Positions 1 to 11,126 are shown, counted from the first letter of the stretch. The stretch: DNA of 64,000 nucleotides from Tidjanibacter sp. (GCA_017503465.1 JAFVSY010000109.1:2726-66725), one strand, 5' to 3'. Notes: generated by a model from the sequence alone, not told the origin. Made by a program: numbers and translations.

Positions 1-1136
1 CCGAACTCTCCTTTGCCGAGCACCGCACGGCAGAGCAGATTGTGGCCACCCTGCGCTCACAAGCGATTGAGTGCAAGTCCATTGCAGGTACGGGGGTGTT
101 GGCCAAAATCGAAGGCACAAGGGCCTCCGAGGAGCGTGTTGGCACAAAGAGGAGAGCCATTGTGTTGCGTGCCGACATTGACGCACTTCCCATCGCCGAG
201 CAGAGCGCATCTCCCCACCCCTCGGAGCGCGAGGGTGTGATGCACGCCTGCGGCCACGACCTCCACACCACCGTTCTGCTGGGCACTCTTGCAGTGCTCA
301 ATCGCCACCGCGAGGAGTTCGACTGCACCATCTTCGGACTCTTCCAACCGGGCGAGGAACTCAACCCGGGTGGAGCCAAGGGTGTGTTGGCCGAAGAGCC
401 CTTTGAGGACTACGAGGTGGTTGCCTTCCTTGGGGAGCACGTGGAGCCCACCCTGCCTACGGGCACCATTGGCATTTGTGCGGGCAAATATATGGCCGCT
501 TGCGATGAAATCCACATCACGGTGGAGGGCCACGGTGGCCACGCAGCCCTGCGCGAGGGCATTGTGGACCCCATTCTGCCCACAGCCAAACTGATAGAAA
601 GGCTCTACGAAATACCTGCCAAGAGCCCCGACACTGGCGTGCCGACCATACTCTCCATTGGGCGCATCGTGGCCGATGGAGCCACCAATGTTGTGCCCGA
701 CAAGGTGCGCCTCGAGGGTACGATGCGTACCTTCGACGAGGGGTGGAGAACCGAGGTTAAGGCACTCATCGGCGAGGCTTGCGAAGCCGTTGCACAGCAC
801 TACGGCGTATCCGTAACAAAAAATTTTGGGGAGGGTTACCCCGCTGTCTACAACGCCCCCGCGTTGGCCGAGGAGGCCATCTCCTACTTGGAGGCCACGC
901 TTGGCAAAGCGGAGGTCGTGAGGCTCGGTCTGCGCCCCACGGGCGAGGACTTTGGCTACTACACCGAGCGTTACCCCGCCCTCTTCTATCGCTTGGGCGT
1001 GGGCTACACGGGCGAGGAGTTTGCCGCCGCACGTGCAGGTGCGCTCCACACCGCCGCCTTCTGCCCCGACACCAAAGCCATCGGCCACGGTGTCATCACA
1101 ATGACCCTGCTTGCTCTCCATTTTGCCACTTTGTAG
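1..1136 (+). CDS. M20D family amidohydrolase (5' end lies before the window)
   Basis: Frame is open from base 3 (ELSFAEHRTAE). Motifs LRADIDALP, MHACGHDLH, FQPGEE, GEDF and LH..F.PD are present. Confidence 0.9.
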   Translation, partial: ELSFAEHRTAEQIVATLRSQAIECKSIAGTGVLAKIEGTRASEERVGTKRRAIVLRADIDALPIAEQSASPHPSEREGVMHACGHDLHTTVLLGTLAVLNRHREEFDCTIFGLFQPGEELNPGGAKGVLAEEPFEDYEVVAFLGEHVEPTLPTGTIGICAGKYMAACDEIHITVEGHGGHAALREGIVDPILPTAKLIERLYEIPAKSPDTGVPTILSIGRIVADGATNVVPDKVRLEGTMRTFDEGWRTEVKALIGEACEAVAQHYGVSVTKNFGEGYPAVYNAPALAEEAISYLEATLGKAEVVRLGLRPTGEDFGYYTERYPALFYRLGVGYTGEEFAAARAGALHTAAFCPDTKAIGHGVITMTLLALHFATL

Positions 1137-1152
1137 GGCACACACTACCGAT

Positions 1153-1896
1153 ATGATTACAAAAGCCGACATACAATTTGTGCGCTCCCTGCAAGACAAG
1201 CAGGCACGCACCGCCAGTGGACTCTTTGTGGCCGAAGGCGACAAGGTTGTGGAAGAACTTCTGCGCGAGCCCGCGTGGAGGGTGGAGCGACTCTTTGTGC
1301 TGGAGGGTAGCCGCATTGGGCACCCGAAGGCCGAGGTGGTCAGCACCAAGGATATGGAGCGAATGAGCGCCTTCAAGAGTGTGCCCAAGTCGCTCGCCGT
1401 GGTGGCCATTCCCAAGCGCAAACTCACCCCTGCCACTCCTGCCGAGTTGGTCATTGCCCTGGACGAGGTGCAGGACCCGGGCAACCTCGGCACCATCATC
1501 CGCACAGCCGATTGGTATGGCATAAGCCGCATTGTCTGCACCCCCACCACAGCCGACTGCTGGGGCCCCAAGGTGGTGCAAGCCACAATGGGAGCCTTGT
1601 TGCGTGTGGAGGTACACTACTGCGACCTTGCCGAGTGGCTGCGTGAGGCCCGAAGCCGTGGGGTTGCCACCTATGCTACCACTCTTGATGGTAAGGACAT
1701 CCACACCGCCTCGCTGACAAGTGGAGGCGTGATTGTTATGGGCAACGAGGGCCGCGGAGTATCAAAGGAGGTGCAGCGCGAAGTGGAGCGCAACCTCTTC
1801 ATTCCGCCCTGGCCTGCCGACCGCAGAGGGAGCGAGTCGCTCAACGTGGCCATTGCCACCGCCATCGTGTGTGAGAACTTCCGCCGCCCGAAATAG
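1153..1896 (+). CDS. TrmH/SpoU family RNA 2'-O-methyltransferase
   Basis: DPGNLGTIIRTAD, VMGNEGRG and ESLNVAIA SPOUT motifs; ATG at 1153. Confidence 0.9.
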   Translation: MITKADIQFVRSLQDKQARTASGLFVAEGDKVVEELLREPAWRVERLFVLEGSRIGHPKAEVVSTKDMERMSAFKSVPKSLAVVAIPKRKLTPATPAELVIALDEVQDPGNLGTIIRTADWYGISRIVCTPTTADCWGPKVVQATMGALLRVEVHYCDLAEWLREARSRGVATYATTLDGKDIHTASLTSGGVIVMGNEGRGVSKEVQREVERNLFIPPWPADRRGSESLNVAIATAIVCENFRRPK

Positions 1897-1904
1897 AAAG
1901 GTGT

Positions 1905-1957
1905 AAATAACAGAGAGAGGTCGCCCGCGCAGTGCAGGCGACCTCTCTCTGTTATTT
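1905..1957. terminator. Bidirectional intrinsic terminator between convergent genes
   Basis: 21-bp perfect inverted repeat AAATAACAGAGAGAGGTCGCC / GGCGACCTCTCTCTGTTATTT. Confidence 0.85.
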
Positions 1958-1965
1958 TGGAGCGA

Positions 1966-4900
1966 CTACTCCTCCTGCTCCGTGGGAGCAAGCCCCTTCT
2001 TGAAGGATGCGGGTGTTTCACCAAAGAGCTCCTTGAAGAGTTTGATGAAGTAGCTCGGCGAACTGAAGCCGACCATATACGACACCTCGCCAACCGACAG
2101 TGCGGGGTCGCTACGCATAATGTAGAGCGACTTTTTGAGCCTCACGTTGGTCATAAACTTGTTGGGCGTTTGGCCGGTGATACCCTTGAGTTTCATAAAG
2201 AACGAGGTGCGGCCCATAGCCATCTCACGGGCAAACTCGCCAATGTCAAAACTTGCATCGGAGATGTGTTCGTTCATAATCTTCATCACCGAATCGAGGA
2301 AGGTTTTGTCGATGGTGTTGTTGCCGGCCAACTCCTCCGAGTCCATAGAGTACATAAACGACCTCTGCTGTTGCAGACGGCTATTGACAAGGTTGTTGCA
2401 CTTGGTAACGAGAATCTTGGAGTTGAACGGCTTGGCGATGTAGTCATCGGCACCACTGCGGAAGCCCTCCAGCTCCGCCTCCACTGTCACCTTCGCCGTG
2501 AGCATCACGAAGCGTATGTGGCTCGTTTCCACGTTGTTTTTCACCCTGCGGCAGAGTTCCATTCCGTCCACATTGGGCATCATCAGATCGCTGACAATGA
2601 TGTCGGGCGTGTAGTACTCCAACTTTTGCAGCGCATCCTCGCCATCACACGCCGAAGTAACCTTGTAGAAGGGGTCAAAGAGTTCGGTCAGATACTGCCT
2701 TAGTTCGTTGTTGTCCTCCACAATGAGCATCTTGGCTCCACGCGAGCCGGCCTCCTCCTGCGAGCGCACAATGTCCTCAACAAACTGTTTGTCCATCAGC
2801 CTGTTGGCCTCAATGGTTTGGTTGTCCTCATCGGCCACCTCACACTTCTGCTCCTCGGCAATGTGGCTGTCGCCCTTGGGCAGAGTGATGACAAATTTGG
2901 CACCCTTACCCTTTTCGCTCTCCAGCGATATGGTACCGCCGTGGGCCTGCACAATGCCCTGCGTTATGGCCAAACCCAAGCCCGTACCGAGTGCTGCGGC
3001 CGAGTCGCCGGGCACCTGCGAGAAGGGCTCAAAGATGGCCTTCTGATATTCGGGGTCGATACCATCGCCGGTGTCCTTCACGCTAATCAGCACACTCTGC
3101 TCCGTTTGGCTCAATATGAGTTTGATTTTGCCACCCTCGGGGGTGTGCTTGAATGCATTGGAGAGGAGGTTGTTGAGCACCTTGTCCATCTGCACCGCAT
3201 CGTACCACACCTTGAGCGAGAGCACGTCGGTCTGGTTGAGGAACTCAAACTTAACCCTCCTCTGCACGGCATATTCCCTGAACGAGGTGGCTGTCTTTTC
3301 GAGCATCGTAACGATGTCGCCATTGCAGAAGCGCATACTCTCAATCAGCCTCTCCCTCTTCTTGAAGTCGAGGAGTTCGTTGATGAGGTTGTGGACCTTC
3401 TGCAGGTTGTCGTGCATACTGCTCACCTTGCGGTAGACCGAGGGAGGCACTCCCTGCTGTGCGAGAATCGACTCCAGCTGGCTGTTGATGAGCGTCACAG
3501 GGGTGCGAATTTCGTGCGAAACGTAGGTAAAGAACTGCAATTTGTTGTCGTTGAGTTCCTGAATCTTCTTCTTTTCGAGTTTTTCCCACTCGAGCGAGGC
3601 GTGGAGTTTAACCCTGCCGGTGTAGAACTTGAAGTAAACCACAGCGAGCGTCAGTACCACAGCCAACAGCAGCAGTGGGAACCACCACGTGGCGTAAAAT
3701 GGGGGCACAACCTCCACCTCCAGGCTCTTTTCGGCCAACACCTCCGACGATTGGTTGTGGATGCGTCGCACCCGGAGCACGTAGTCTTTGCCGGGGAGGT
3801 TGGTGTAGGAGATAGGTTTGCTCCAATCGCCAATAATCCAATCCTCGTCGTAGCCCTCAAGTTTGTACTCAAGTCGCGAAATCGCATCGGGCACACGCCC
3901 CAGCGTGGTGCACTCCACCGACCACATCGAGTGTCCCCTTTCGAGGCGTATCTTGTTCTGATAGAAGAGCGACTGCGAGAGAATACCACTCTGGTCGCCG
4001 GGTTTCACAGGCGAGTTGTCCACCTTCAGGTTCACAAACCAAATATTGTGGGGAGCCTTCCTGCGCACAAGGTCCTGCTCGTGGAACGACACCATATGTC
4101 GGTGTCCGGAGAGGTAGACCACATTGTCGGAGGCTATGAAAAGTCCATAGGTAGCCACCTCAGGCAGGGGGTAACCGCTATTGCGATTGTAGGTGTAGAA
4201 GACGTTGTTTTCGTGGTCATACTTCACAAGACCACCCATTGTGACAATGAGAAGGTAACCACTCTCGGTTTGGGCAATGTCGATGATGTAGTCGCTGGGT
4301 AGCGCACTATTTTTGCCGTTGATGCAGACAAACGCATCTGCCTCGGGTTCAAAGAGGAAGAGTCCTGCGCCCGAAGTACCAAGCCAGATGTTTCCGTCCT
4401 TGTCCTCAAAGAGTTTCTGCACGTGGGCACTTCCCATCTCGGGGATGGAGGTCTCCACCAGATACTCTCGGCTTTCGCCCGTGGAGAGGTTGTACCTCAC
4501 CACTCCTGCCGACACCGAGGCCCAGCAATTGCCCTTGCTGTCGAGCAACACATCCGAGGCGTGGCCTCCACCTCCGCCTCTCAGCAGTTCCACCTCGCGG
4601 CATTCGCCATTGTGCTTGTTCACCACCACCAATCCTGTGTGGTGAGCCACAATGAGTGAGTCGGCCCCGAAGGGGACAATCTCTCGGACGTGGTTATTGG
4701 GCAACGAGCGCGGGTTGGTGTCGCTGTGGCGGAATTGTCGGAGTATTCTACCCTCACTGCTCAACCTCACCAGGCCACCTCGCAGCGTACCCACCCAGAG
4801 TTCGTTCTCCGGCGAGTCGAAGTAGAGCGAGGTGATACCCTCGTCCATAAATTTGCGCTCGTGTACCCTCTGCACCTTGTCGGTGCGGGGATTGTACCTA

Positions 4901-5949
4901 ACCAGCGGCGAGTCCTCCGAGCCGAGCCAGAGGTTGCCGGCATTGTCCTCAACAATGCTACCGAAGATATTGTGGTGCTTGTAGCGGTCGAACTCTCTGT
5001 TGTAGACAAACACACCACCGTGGTAGGTGCCAATCCACATCAGGCCATTGCTATCGTAGAGTAGATACCACACAGAGGTACTGCGTAGCGAGCCTTCTCG
5101 GTCGTCGATGCGCCTCATTGTGCGGGTTTCGGGGTTTATCTCACACAGGCCCTTGAAGGTACCCACCCAGATGTGCCCGAGGTCGTCCTCACACACACCA
5201 CGCACAAAGTTGTCGGGCAGGCTGTTTTCGTCCTCTGTGGCCACATAGTTCACCACGTTTGCATCCTGATCATAGCAGTAGATACCGTTGTAGCGCGTTG
5301 AGAGCCACAGCCTGTGTTTGGAATCCTCAAAGATGTGGGAGATGTTCTGATTGCCAAGTATGGATGTAAACTTGCGGTTGGCGTCAATGAAGAGCACTCC
5401 GTGCGCCTCGGTACCAACGGCCAGGCGACCATCGGAGAGGGCTCTCATTGCATTCACCCTCACCCCTTGTGGCAGGTCGCAGAAGGTTTGCAGTGTGCCC
5501 TGCTCGTCGAGCCTCCACACTTGTCGGAAGCCTGCCACCCAAAGGGTGTTGTTGTCGCAGCAGATGGTTCGCACGCCCTTCTTGCGTATGGTGCGGAACT
5601 TCTCGGTGGCCATATCGAACTCCGAGAGAGCATATTTGCTGACCACCCAAATCTTACCGTTACGGTTGCCGCACACGGCACGTATATTGTTGTTATAGAG
5701 CGAGGTGGAGTCGCCGAGTATGGGCCTGTAGACCGATATGGACCTGCCATCATAACGGTTTAGTCCATCGTTGGTGGCCACCCAAATCATTCCGAACTCA
5801 TCCTGATAAATCGGTCCAACGCATAGGCTCGATAGACCATCGTGGGTGGTGATTTGCTCAAAGCGCGCAACCCCCTTCGCCTCCACCGAAAGAAGGCTCA
5901 CAAGGGCAATGACCACCACTGTCAAGAGTCGTTTTGTCATATTCTTCAT
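1966..5949 (-). CDS. Hybrid two-component system (beta-propeller sensor, Y_Y_Y, HisKA, HATPase, REC, AraC HTH)
   Basis: Repeated D..G.IWxGT propeller motifs, SHEIRTP, GTGLGL, SDLMMP and a C-terminal VGFSSPSYFIKLFK. Start chosen at MKNMTKR (alternatives 5940, 5979). Confidence 0.95.
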   Translation of the reverse strand: MKNMTKRLLTVVVIALVSLLSVEAKGVARFEQITTHDGLSSLCVGPIYQDEFGMIWVATNDGLNRYDGRSISVYRPILGDSTSLYNNNIRAVCGNRNGKIWVVSKYALSEFDMATEKFRTIRKKGVRTICCDNNTLWVAGFRQVWRLDEQGTLQTFCDLPQGVRVNAMRALSDGRLAVGTEAHGVLFIDANRKFTSILGNQNISHIFEDSKHRLWLSTRYNGIYCYDQDANVVNYVATEDENSLPDNFVRGVCEDDLGHIWVGTFKGLCEINPETRTMRRIDDREGSLRSTSVWYLLYDSNGLMWIGTYHGGVFVYNREFDRYKHHNIFGSIVEDNAGNLWLGSEDSPLVRYNPRTDKVQRVHERKFMDEGITSLYFDSPENELWVGTLRGGLVRLSSEGRILRQFRHSDTNPRSLPNNHVREIVPFGADSLIVAHHTGLVVVNKHNGECREVELLRGGGGGHASDVLLDSKGNCWASVSAGVVRYNLSTGESREYLVETSIPEMGSAHVQKLFEDKDGNIWLGTSGAGLFLFEPEADAFVCINGKNSALPSDYIIDIAQTESGYLLIVTMGGLVKYDHENNVFYTYNRNSGYPLPEVATYGLFIASDNVVYLSGHRHMVSFHEQDLVRRKAPHNIWFVNLKVDNSPVKPGDQSGILSQSLFYQNKIRLERGHSMWSVECTTLGRVPDAISRLEYKLEGYDEDWIIGDWSKPISYTNLPGKDYVLRVRRIHNQSSEVLAEKSLEVEVVPPFYATWWFPLLLLAVVLTLAVVYFKFYTGRVKLHASLEWEKLEKKKIQELNDNKLQFFTYVSHEIRTPVTLINSQLESILAQQGVPPSVYRKVSSMHDNLQKVHNLINELLDFKKRERLIESMRFCNGDIVTMLEKTATSFREYAVQRRVKFEFLNQTDVLSLKVWYDAVQMDKVLNNLLSNAFKHTPEGGKIKLILSQTEQSVLISVKDTGDGIDPEYQKAIFEPFSQVPGDSAAALGTGLGLAITQGIVQAHGGTISLESEKGKGAKFVITLPKGDSHIAEEQKCEVADEDNQTIEANRLMDKQFVEDIVRSQEEAGSRGAKMLIVEDNNELRQYLTELFDPFYKVTSACDGEDALQKLEYYTPDIIVSDLMMPNVDGMELCRRVKNNVETSHIRFVMLTAKVTVEAELEGFRSGADDYIAKPFNSKILVTKCNNLVNSRLQQQRSFMYSMDSEELAGNNTIDKTFLDSVMKIMNEHISDASFDIGEFAREMAMGRTSFFMKLKGITGQTPNKFMTNVRLKKSLYIMRSDPALSVGEVSYMVGFSSPSYFIKLFKELFGETPASFKKGLAPTEQEE

Positions 5950-6024
5950 CTCTGCAACAACATTTGTTTCGTTTTTCAAAAAATTGGCCTCATTCGGCCC
6001 CTGCGCACACCCACACTCTCTCCG

Positions 6025-7619
6025 CTATCGGAACATTGCGGGCGACACAAAGAGCTCTTCGGCCCTATCGGCCCCCACCTTGTTGATGAGTAGCGAGAAG
6101 TGTTTGCGCTTGCCCTTTTGCCTGTAGCCAACCTCCACTTTGTGCTCTCCGGCGGAGAGTTTCACGTCGCCATAGTTCTCCTGGAAGTGGGAGGTGGAGG
6201 ATGCAAACACGAGTTTGCCGTCCACCTTCAGATAGCAACCGTCATCCGAGCGCGAGTGGAAGCGATACTTGCCATCCTCAGGGATGTTGATTGTGGCCTC
6301 AAATCGCACGGCGAAGTTGTCGTGCTTGGGGCTGATTTCGTCCAGCGAGATGTCGTAGGTGTAGCCCACCTTGTCGGGGCGCAGGCGGTCGAAGTCGGGC
6401 ACATAGACCGACTTGGGGTCCTCATAGAGTGCATATTTCACCCTGCGCTTGTGGCCCGCAGAGAAGCGATAGTGCTCAAAGGACTCCTTGCTGCACACGT
6501 CGCCCACGTAGGTCACGAACCTCACCACACAATCGGAGTCGATGCGGATGGGCCCCGCATAGAGAGCCGACTCTCGGTTGGGGCTGTGCCATCGGTGGTG
6601 TAGCGCACCTCTGCCTCGGGCCAATCGGCCGTGAGGGAGAGTTCTATGGGAGTGTGGTAGAGTGCCCCATTGTGGCTCGGGCGAGCCACGGGAGCGTAGG
6701 CCAAGTTGCCCCTCTTGCTCTTGTCGAAAGCCTCCACCAGCGGTTTGCCCACACACACATCTTCGGGCCACTCCACACCCATAGCCCAAGCCACGGTGGG
6801 AGCCACGTCGAAGATGAAGTACTTGGAGAGCGTTACCCCTTTCTGTACACCCGCACCATAGAGAATTATGGGAATCTCGATGGCTTTGGCCGACTCGCCA
6901 CTGTGGGTGCCCAGGAAGCCTCCGTGGTCGGCCACCACGAGGATGAGGGTGTTGTCCAACAGCCCCTCGGCCTCGATGCGTTCCACAAAGTGTCCCACCA
7001 GGGCGTCATACTTCTCGATGCAGGAGTAGAAGGCCTCGGTGTCGTGTCCGTCGTTGTGCCCAACGTGGTCGGTGTCGAGGATGTGCATATAGAGCAGGTC
7101 GGGCCTCTCGGCAAAGAAGAGTTCCTCGGCACGCTCGAAGGTTGCCTCTCCCGTGGGGGTTTTTTCGCAAATATCAAGCCTCTCCCACGAGAACATCCTC
7201 TTCACGTTGCGCCACTCGTGGAGCATATAGACCTTTGCATCCTCACCACGGCCCTCACGCACCCAATCGAAGATGCTGGGGAAGAGCCCGTCTTCGTTGG
7301 CAATGTAGGGCTCTATGCGGTGGTTGTCCCTCTGCCACGGGTTGCCCGTAACACCGTGTTGCACCGGCACGGCACCCGTGAGCATAGTGGTCCAGTTTTG
7401 GGTGCTGGCGGGGGTGAGTATGCAACGGCCGTTCACGCTCGATGCTCCCTCCTCAATCATACGATTGAAGTTGGGGGTTGTGGCCCTCTGCATACCGTGG
7501 GCACTCATTGCATCGAGACCGATGATAATCACGTGGTCCACCTTTGGCGAAACCACCTCTCGCTCGCCGCAACTCACCAACAAGAGTGCGGCAGAGAGGA
7601 TGCAAACAAGTTTTTTCAT
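6025..7619 (-). pseudogene. Alkaline-phosphatase-superfamily (nucleotide pyrophosphatase/phosphodiesterase) lipoprotein with Fn3-associated and PA14 domains, frameshifted near 6580 (real lesion or sequencing error)
   Basis: Lipobox LVSC; IGLDA, TDHVGH and ADHGG motifs. YTTDGTAP in one frame continues as NRESALYAGPIRI...SDDG (PA14) in another frame. Confidence 0.8.
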
Positions 7620-7646
7620 AATCTCCGCTTGGGCCTTTGGGGTTTG

Positions 7647-9275
7647 TTATTCAGCATCCTCGAGTGTGTCGAAGAAGTTAATCAGGTCGTAGACGTGGAT
7701 GTTGATGTTCTTCATATAGCGGCCCAGGTAGGGGAACATCTGGTAGGAGTTGTCGTAGAGACCCTTGTTGGCAGGCTTGCTCTCGTTGTCAGTGCCATCG
7801 TCGTCCTGATACTTAAACCAGTGCCAGCCCACGCAGTTGGTTGCTTGGAGCAGACCGAGGGTGAAGTTTTGGTAGGCGTAGGCCCTTGCTGCCTGGTTGC
7901 GCACGGCGAAGCCTGCACCGCTCTCGTTGTTGAGGTCGGAGTCGTCGATACCCTTGGTGTAGAACTCGGTTACAAGGAAGGGCTTGCCCGACCACTGCTC
8001 CCACTCCGACACACGGCCACCCACCTCAATCTGCGGGGTCCAATTGCCGTAGTAGTTAATCGACACCACGTCGCAATACTTACCTGCGGCGGTAACCACC
8101 TCCTGGGTTTTGTACTCACCGTGCAGACGAGTGCCGAGGTAGAGCATTTGGGGGTCAAAGGCCTTGATGGCCTCGCTCACGCCCTTGTAGTATTTCTCGG
8201 CCAAATATTGGGTAAATCTGAGGTTTACCGACCACCACATATTGCTGTAGTCGGACTTCATTTCGGGGTAGTTGGCATCCACCCACGCCTGCGCAGCCTT
8301 GTGGCCAAAGTGGCTTGCGGGGAGGTTGAGCAGTTTGTAGAGGATGTAGTTCTCCCTACCACTGGACGAGCCACCGAAAGGAATCTCATTGTCGGAGAAG
8401 ATACCAACCACGTTGGGGTCGCCCTTGTAGGGAGCCAGGGTGGTCTTCGCATAGTTCTTAACCCAACTTTCCCAATCGGGGTGCAACACAGCACCAATCT
8501 TGGCGTTGGCACTATTGAGGTTGGCATTGTCCAGAGCCTTGGCGGCAGCACCAATGAAGCCAAACGAGGGGCAGAGCATCAGCGGAGCATCGGGGTTGGC
8601 GGCATTGTGGGCCTGAATTTTCTGGTAGGTGTTGGTGCAGAATGCGCCTGTGCCGTGGATGCCCACGTTTGCCAACTCGGTCTGGGTAACATAGAGCCAC
8701 CTTGCATCGTCGCCACCAAAGCGTTGCTGAAATGCCGCAGCATTACGCTCCGAGGAGCCATAGCGCACGGAGGTTACACCACGGTGGTGGTGCAAGTAGC
8801 CCTCGGGGTCCACCAACCACCAGCGGGGACCAATCTTTGTGACGTAGAAACGGCCCGTGGCAGCCTGTCGGGGCAGTTCGAGCGAGGAGCCATATTTGTT
8901 GGTCTTCTCCTTGTAGGTCTCGATGGTTTCGTCGGGAGTGAAGCCCACCACGTTGGCCAGCACTCGGGTCTTAATCTTCTTCCACTTGCGCTGTGCTTTG
9001 GGTTTGTCGCCCGTACTAATCTCCACCACGATGGGGCGATAGTAGGACTTTTTGGGCGGAGCCACATAGGTGAATGCCGACTCGGCCGCGGTTGCGTTGT
9101 TGGCAAAGGTGAAGAGTTCCTGCGGGCCTGCCTCAGGCAACAGCGGGTCGTTCACATCGGAGGTGGTGCCACCAATCGGACGGTGGGGTTTCACAACGGG
9201 TTCGTCTGGTGTACAAGCCAAGGTAAAGACCAAAGCCAAAGCACCAAGGGTGCTGAAAAGTTTTGAGGTTTTCAT
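7647..9275 (-). CDS. GH50-like (agarase-annotated type) clan GH-A glycoside hydrolase lipoprotein
   Basis: Lipobox TLAC; ATGRFY...RWWLVDPEGY; putative acid/base SDNE and nucleophile LVTEFY; VGWHWFKY. Confidence 0.7.
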   Translation of the reverse strand: MKTSKLFSTLGALALVFTLACTPDEPVVKPHRPIGGTTSDVNDPLLPEAGPQELFTFANNATAAESAFTYVAPPKKSYYRPIVVEISTGDKPKAQRKWKKIKTRVLANVVGFTPDETIETYKEKTNKYGSSLELPRQAATGRFYVTKIGPRWWLVDPEGYLHHHRGVTSVRYGSSERNAAAFQQRFGGDDARWLYVTQTELANVGIHGTGAFCTNTYQKIQAHNAANPDAPLMLCPSFGFIGAAAKALDNANLNSANAKIGAVLHPDWESWVKNYAKTTLAPYKGDPNVVGIFSDNEIPFGGSSSGRENYILYKLLNLPASHFGHKAAQAWVDANYPEMKSDYSNMWWSVNLRFTQYLAEKYYKGVSEAIKAFDPQMLYLGTRLHGEYKTQEVVTAAGKYCDVVSINYYGNWTPQIEVGGRVSEWEQWSGKPFLVTEFYTKGIDDSDLNNESGAGFAVRNQAARAYAYQNFTLGLLQATNCVGWHWFKYQDDDGTDNESKPANKGLYDNSYQMFPYLGRYMKNINIHVYDLINFFDTLEDAE

Positions 9276-9329
9276 TTTACTATGTTTGTTTTATTTGTTT
9301 TGTATCTGCTAAAGAGGACAGTCGTTGTT

Positions 9330-10976
9330 CTATTTCGCACCCTCGTCGAAGAACCTGATGAGGTCGTAGACGTGGATGTTGATATCCTTGGCATACTTGC
9401 CCATATCGGGGATGATGTTGTAGTAGTTGTCGTAGATACCCTTGTTGGCGGGTTTGTTGGAGTTGTCGGCGCCGTCGTCATCCTGATATTTGAACCAGTG
9501 CCAGCCCACACAGTTGGGAGCCTCCAAGAGGCCGAGTGTGAAGTGCTGGTAGGCATAGGCCCTATCCCTCTGCGTTTTCACAAGGAAGCCCGCACCCGAG
9601 GTGTTGGCAAGGTCGGAGTCGAGGCCCTTGGTGTAGAACTCCGTAACGAGGAAGGGCTTGTTGGCAGCCGTGGCCCACATTGGGATGTAGTCGGTGAGTT
9701 CGGGGCTCCAACGGCTATAGTAGTTGATAGAGACAATGTCGCACCACTTGCCTGCGGCCTCAATCACATATTTGTTGTACTTGGGCTGTCCGTGCAGACG
9801 GGTACCAAGGTAGAGCATCTGTGGGTCGGCAGCCTTGATGGCCTCGCTCACACCCTTGTAGTATTTCTCGGCCACATAGCCGGCGAACTTGTTGCATTGG
9901 TCGGTGGAGGGGCTGGAGGTGGAGACTCCATTGGCCGAGCACCACGCCACGGCAGCCTTGTAGGCCTCGTTGTTCTTGTCGGTGATACCCAACACTCGTT
10001 TGAGGAGGTGTTTGGGCTCGGCGTTGGTGCCGAAGTCGATTTCGTTGTCGGAGAAGATGCCGAGCACATTTTTGTCCCTCAAGTAGGGGCCATAGCCATA
10101 GTCGGCCTTTGCGTAGGTCTTGCAGTACTCCTCCCAACCCTCATAGAGCGCAAGGGCAGCCCTACAATTCTCTTGTCCGCCCGGGTCGCCACCAACGGTG
10201 CCACGGAAAGCACCGAGAGTGCTGAACGAGGGAGCCAACGTGAGAGGTGCGCCGGGGTTCACGGCATTGTGAGTCTGCACAGCCTTATAGCCCACCACGT
10301 CGCTCGCATTCTTGTTGGTGGAGAAAGCACCCGTGCCGTGGAAGCCGATGTCGGCAAGTTCCCTCTGCGAGGTTGCCACCCACTCGGCATCGCTGGCAAA
10401 GCGTTGTGCGAAGGCGGTAGCATTGCGCTCGGAGCCTCCCTTGCGGAACGAGCAGACACTACGCTCGTAGTGGAGATAGCCCTCGGGGTCCACAATCCAC
10501 CACCTCTCGCCAATCTTGGTAACATAGAAACGCCCCGTGGCGGCCTGCTTGGCGAGTTCCGTGGAGGAGCCATATTTGTTGGTTTTTGCCTTGTAGGTGT
10601 CGATATTTTCGTTGCGCACGAAGCCCACCAGATAGGGCAGGATGCGGGTTTTCTCGGAGGTCCAACTCTTCACGGGCCTGCTGTTGGAGGAGGTCCTGTC
10701 CACCTTGATGGGTTAGTACATATTGGTCAGTTTTGACGGCCTGTAGAGTTCTTCGGCACCCGGAGTGGGCAGGCCCACATACTCATCCAGGGTGGGGATT
10801 TCCTCGGGATAGTAGGAGCCTTCGGGGAATACCGCATCGGGGTCCTGCTCATCGGGTTTCTCTTCCGGAGTTGGTCTAGGGTGTTTGTTCACGATGGGGC
10901 CCTCCTCCTCACAAGCAGTGAGCACAAAGGCGGCCGCCACCACACATAGAGCCGAAAAAATGGATTTCATCTTCAT
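9330..10976 (-). pseudogene. Second GH50-like lipoprotein paralog, interrupted by an in-frame TAA at 10713-10715
   Basis: ORFs 10713..10976 (lipobox LTAC) and 9330..10703 are in the same frame and read NMY*PIKVD, versus SYYRPIVVE in the paralog. Confidence 0.8.
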
Positions 10977-11014
10977 ATTGATAGTCGATTATTGGTTAGC
11001 ATTTGCGGATATGA

Positions 11015-11078
11015 CAAAAATAGGGACTCCCCAATTGGGAAAATAAAAGAGGAGTTCGAACTTATCACAACATCGTTC
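11015..11078 (-). promoter_or_regulatory. Leftward PUL promoter (TATTTTTG -7 box) with candidate HTCS operator
   Basis: TAnnTTTG at 11022-11015; GAAC half-sites 21 bp apart (11078, 11057). Confidence 0.55.
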
Positions 11079-11118
11079 AATAGTTCAAAAGGGGACCACA
11101 CCCGACCGAGATTGTGGA

Positions 11119-11126
11119 TATATTTG
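11119..11126 (+). promoter_or_regulatory. Bacteroidota sigma-70 -7 element for uxuA
   Basis: TATATTTG matches TAnnTTTG and lies about 45 bp upstream of the ATG. Confidence 0.6.

Noticed and set aside
10713-10715. Stop-codon reassignment or read-through (TAA as sense) to explain the split GH50-like gene
   Set aside because: TAA correctly ends susC (after the terminal Phe), recF, folC and lnt, so the standard code fits.
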